This document shows, piece after piece, positions 61,562-64,000 of a stretch of DNA of 64,000 bases. The stretch covers positions 85,126,001 to 85,190,000 of the forward strand of contig NC_079169.1 in NCBI RefSeq assembly GCF_947568905.1. The letters are read 5' to 3'. The position numbers and the translations under genes are program-made. This DNA is from Ostrea edulis. Its lineage: Eukaryota. Below the pieces are notes generated by a model, which was not told the DNA's origin, did no database searches, and saw only the letters and a program-made list of their open reading frames with translations. Each line of letters begins with the position of its first letter. The stretch's first letter is position 1.

Positions 61562-63674
61562 ATGGGTGGATTTTATTTAGCGGTTATCTTCATCTGTTTA
61601 CTCCAGTGCGTGTTTTCACAGCGAATGTGTAAGTATAAATAACATCAGAGAACGCTCGCGAGAAAGTGTGTGTAAAAACTATCGACTTAGAGGAGATGAA
61701 CTAGGCTAGTTACGTTAACCTTTTCGATGTTAGCTCTAAGTTGGTCCGGCTAAATGCCAGACAATCCATAAAATTTCTGAGATTTTCGATCCAATATGAA
61801 TCGCACGGGAGGTAACTCCAAATAAAAAATAAATAAAAGCGGGGGGGGGGGGGGGGGCAGTAAAAATTAAAAACTCATTATGTTCCCCGTGGTGTGTATG
61901 GTAATGCTTCTGAAGAAAAAACAAATGAGAAAGATTGAAGTTTATATGTTTGACACACAAGACCAAATTCAGTTCAATGCTAAACAAGGACCTTTTTAAA
62001 ATTACTATTTACTACAAGTTTCAAAATCATTAAAGCCAAGTTATGCAAAAAGACAATGCTTTGGTTGTGTTCAACAGATGAAGATGTGTATCTTTAAATG
62101 CAATGTCCTTCACACAGACTGGTAATTATCTGAAGTTGCATAATTCTGCTATCAATCAGAATTCTCTGGAGCTAAACTGCTGGCAATCATTATATAGGAA
62201 TGTCATTCCTTTCAATGCCGAGATGCACCTTAATTATCATGCAACTTAAGAATAAAATAAAACCAGTCATATATCAAATGAAAAGAGTAGTATGCTTACA
62301 ACTTTGTGCACGTTTATAATTTGTTTTGTGTCCTAAAGTATATAACCACAGATTGGGTATGGAGTGTCGCAGAATCATTGCAATTTCTGGGAATATTAAG
62401 ATTATGGAAGATGAAGCATTGTGTTAATCTGAGAATGCAAACAAAATGATCAATTGTCAACACATATCAGTCAATTTGTTTGCTTGAAGGTTAATTGAAG
62501 TTTCATTTTCACTAGATGCATCATCATGACAGACAAAAAGGTCCTGGATAACAAACTCTACAGATCTTATTCAGAATAATTATTTTCAGTCAACATCAGT
62601 GGAGCCACAGCTGGGGAGAGCAATATATGTGGTGAGGGGGTAACGCTGGCTCCGCGGTCCACCGAAAATGTCACTCTAGTTTCAAAGGGCCGCCTTCCTG
62701 GTGGTTTCTGCGAGGTCACAGTAGTGATTAACAATTCCGGGCGATGTAAACGAGAGATCTGCATCCAGGGGGCAGGAACTTTGGACAATACTGGGCTGCT
62801 ATTCCATTTTACACCCTCTCCAAGCAATGTAAAGTCCGAGGTACTCCAGTGTTTATTAATCTAAACATACTAAATGTGGTCCAATAATTCTATTGAGAAT
62901 TTGATGAAAATGTAAAATATACACACATGAACATATAGCTATTGTAAACACAAAAGACTGTATTCTATGTGTGTCAGGATAGTCTAATTATTGTTAAGGT
63001 CGTAGGATACCCAATATTTTGGAAGGATCAAATGAAGTAGGATTTTGCTGTGTTTAGTTGGGATCTTCTTTCATTTGATCGAACAATGTAAAAATTAGTC
63101 ATTTTAAAATACATGAAATGCACCATTAGAAAGAGGATTTTAAATTTTGGGTAATGTTCTTCCATTGAATTTTAGTAAAGATTTGTAATAAAGGTGGTTT
63201 CATAGGAATGTATTGAATAATAACTTTAGTAAGATGAAAACATACAAAATTCTATAACAATTTATTTGGGTATCCTATGCAAAGCTCCACGTGAACTCAT
63301 GTCCTTCAAATCTACTGCGTGTTGGTTATCTTCACCTTGTCATGCACAACTTTTCTCCACATTGTTACTTTTAGTTCGAAATTTCAGTTTATTTATAAAA
63401 TCACAGTAATGAAGTCATGTTCAGATCCATTCATGATACGTAACCATGGTAATTAGATAATTTTGATGCATTCATGATACATGTATATTCTGCTTTTAGT
63501 ACCGAGGCCCAGTATATCAAGAATTGAAAAATGGGAAGTGTTTTGATGGCTATTTGCTGTTTATGAACATATCAGAACCAGCTTCTGTCGGCCACAATTT
63601 TGACTTTCAACTGTTTCTTCGTCCATCTTGTAATGATAGTAACAGCGTGGAACAGATTGCACTGTCTGATGCAG
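61562..63674 (+). CDS. Unidentified secreted or type I membrane protein, 5' partial model (continues past the window)
   Basis: Exons 61562-61628 (MGGFYLAVIFICLLQCVFSQRM, signal peptide-like), 62590-62840 and 63500-63674; GT-AG, phases 1/0/1 compatible, 164 stop-free codons with spaced Cys and N-x-S/T sequons. Probable 5' UTR exon ending at a donor near 61154 and an acceptor just before the ATG. Confidence 0.75.
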
Positions 63675-64000
63675 GTAAGTCTGTTCTAACTCCTGACTCA
63701 CATCAAAAGACAGGCTCTAATGGGGGTGTAAAATTACCAAAAACAACTCATTGTAAAGTACAGTACAACCTGCTTATTACAAACACATAACAAATTAATG
63801 CATATTGCGAAGTAAGATTTATTCCCCTATGAGAGGGAAATAGACAAATTCTTATGAGAGGGAAATAGCCAAATTTTTATTGGATATAATGAAGTTTGGT
63901 TATAACGAATTGTTTTCCGCTGGCCCTGGAGGTTTGCTATAAACGTGTTTTACTGTATACAGTTGAGGGTGGTTGTGGGCAATGTCTCAAAAAAAATAAA

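Noticed and set aside
62567-62827. 86-aa minus-strand ORF
   Set aside because: Shadow of the + strand exon 62590-62840, which has proper splice sites and phase.

Overview
AT-rich animal genomic DNA with spliceosomal introns. The repeat complement suggests a bivalve mollusc, probably an oyster (inference). No prokaryotic features, rRNA, intact tRNA or CRISPR array were seen. Six protein-coding genes were reconstructed by hand from splice sites and reading phase: (1) an archaemetzincin (AMZ2-like) zinc metalloprotease, + 4831-6064; (2,3) two tandem, divergent PMP22/claudin-like four-TM genes, - 6981-14737 and - 20193-24695; (4) a complete 10-exon SPRYD3, + 27661-32904, with one GC-AG intron; (5) the 13 3'-most exons of VPS50/syndetin, - 41236-54996, whose 5' half is not in the window; (6) an unidentified signal-peptide gene, + 61562 to beyond 63674, apparently nested antisense in a VPS50 intron. 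The rest is dense in Penelope-like RT remnants, SINE-like repeats, an RTE LINE 3' end, Helentron-type elements with internal satellite units, MITEs and minisatellites. The most striking observation is that two VPS50 intronic minisatellites are tandem amplifications of exon-intron junctions: about 24 copies of an exon end plus splice donor, and 13 copies of a splice acceptor plus exon start. In both, every non-native site leads to an in-frame stop. Two smaller donor duplications occur in SPRYD3. Gene identities rest on recalled family motifs, not a database search; coordinates were counted by hand and TE boundaries are approximate.
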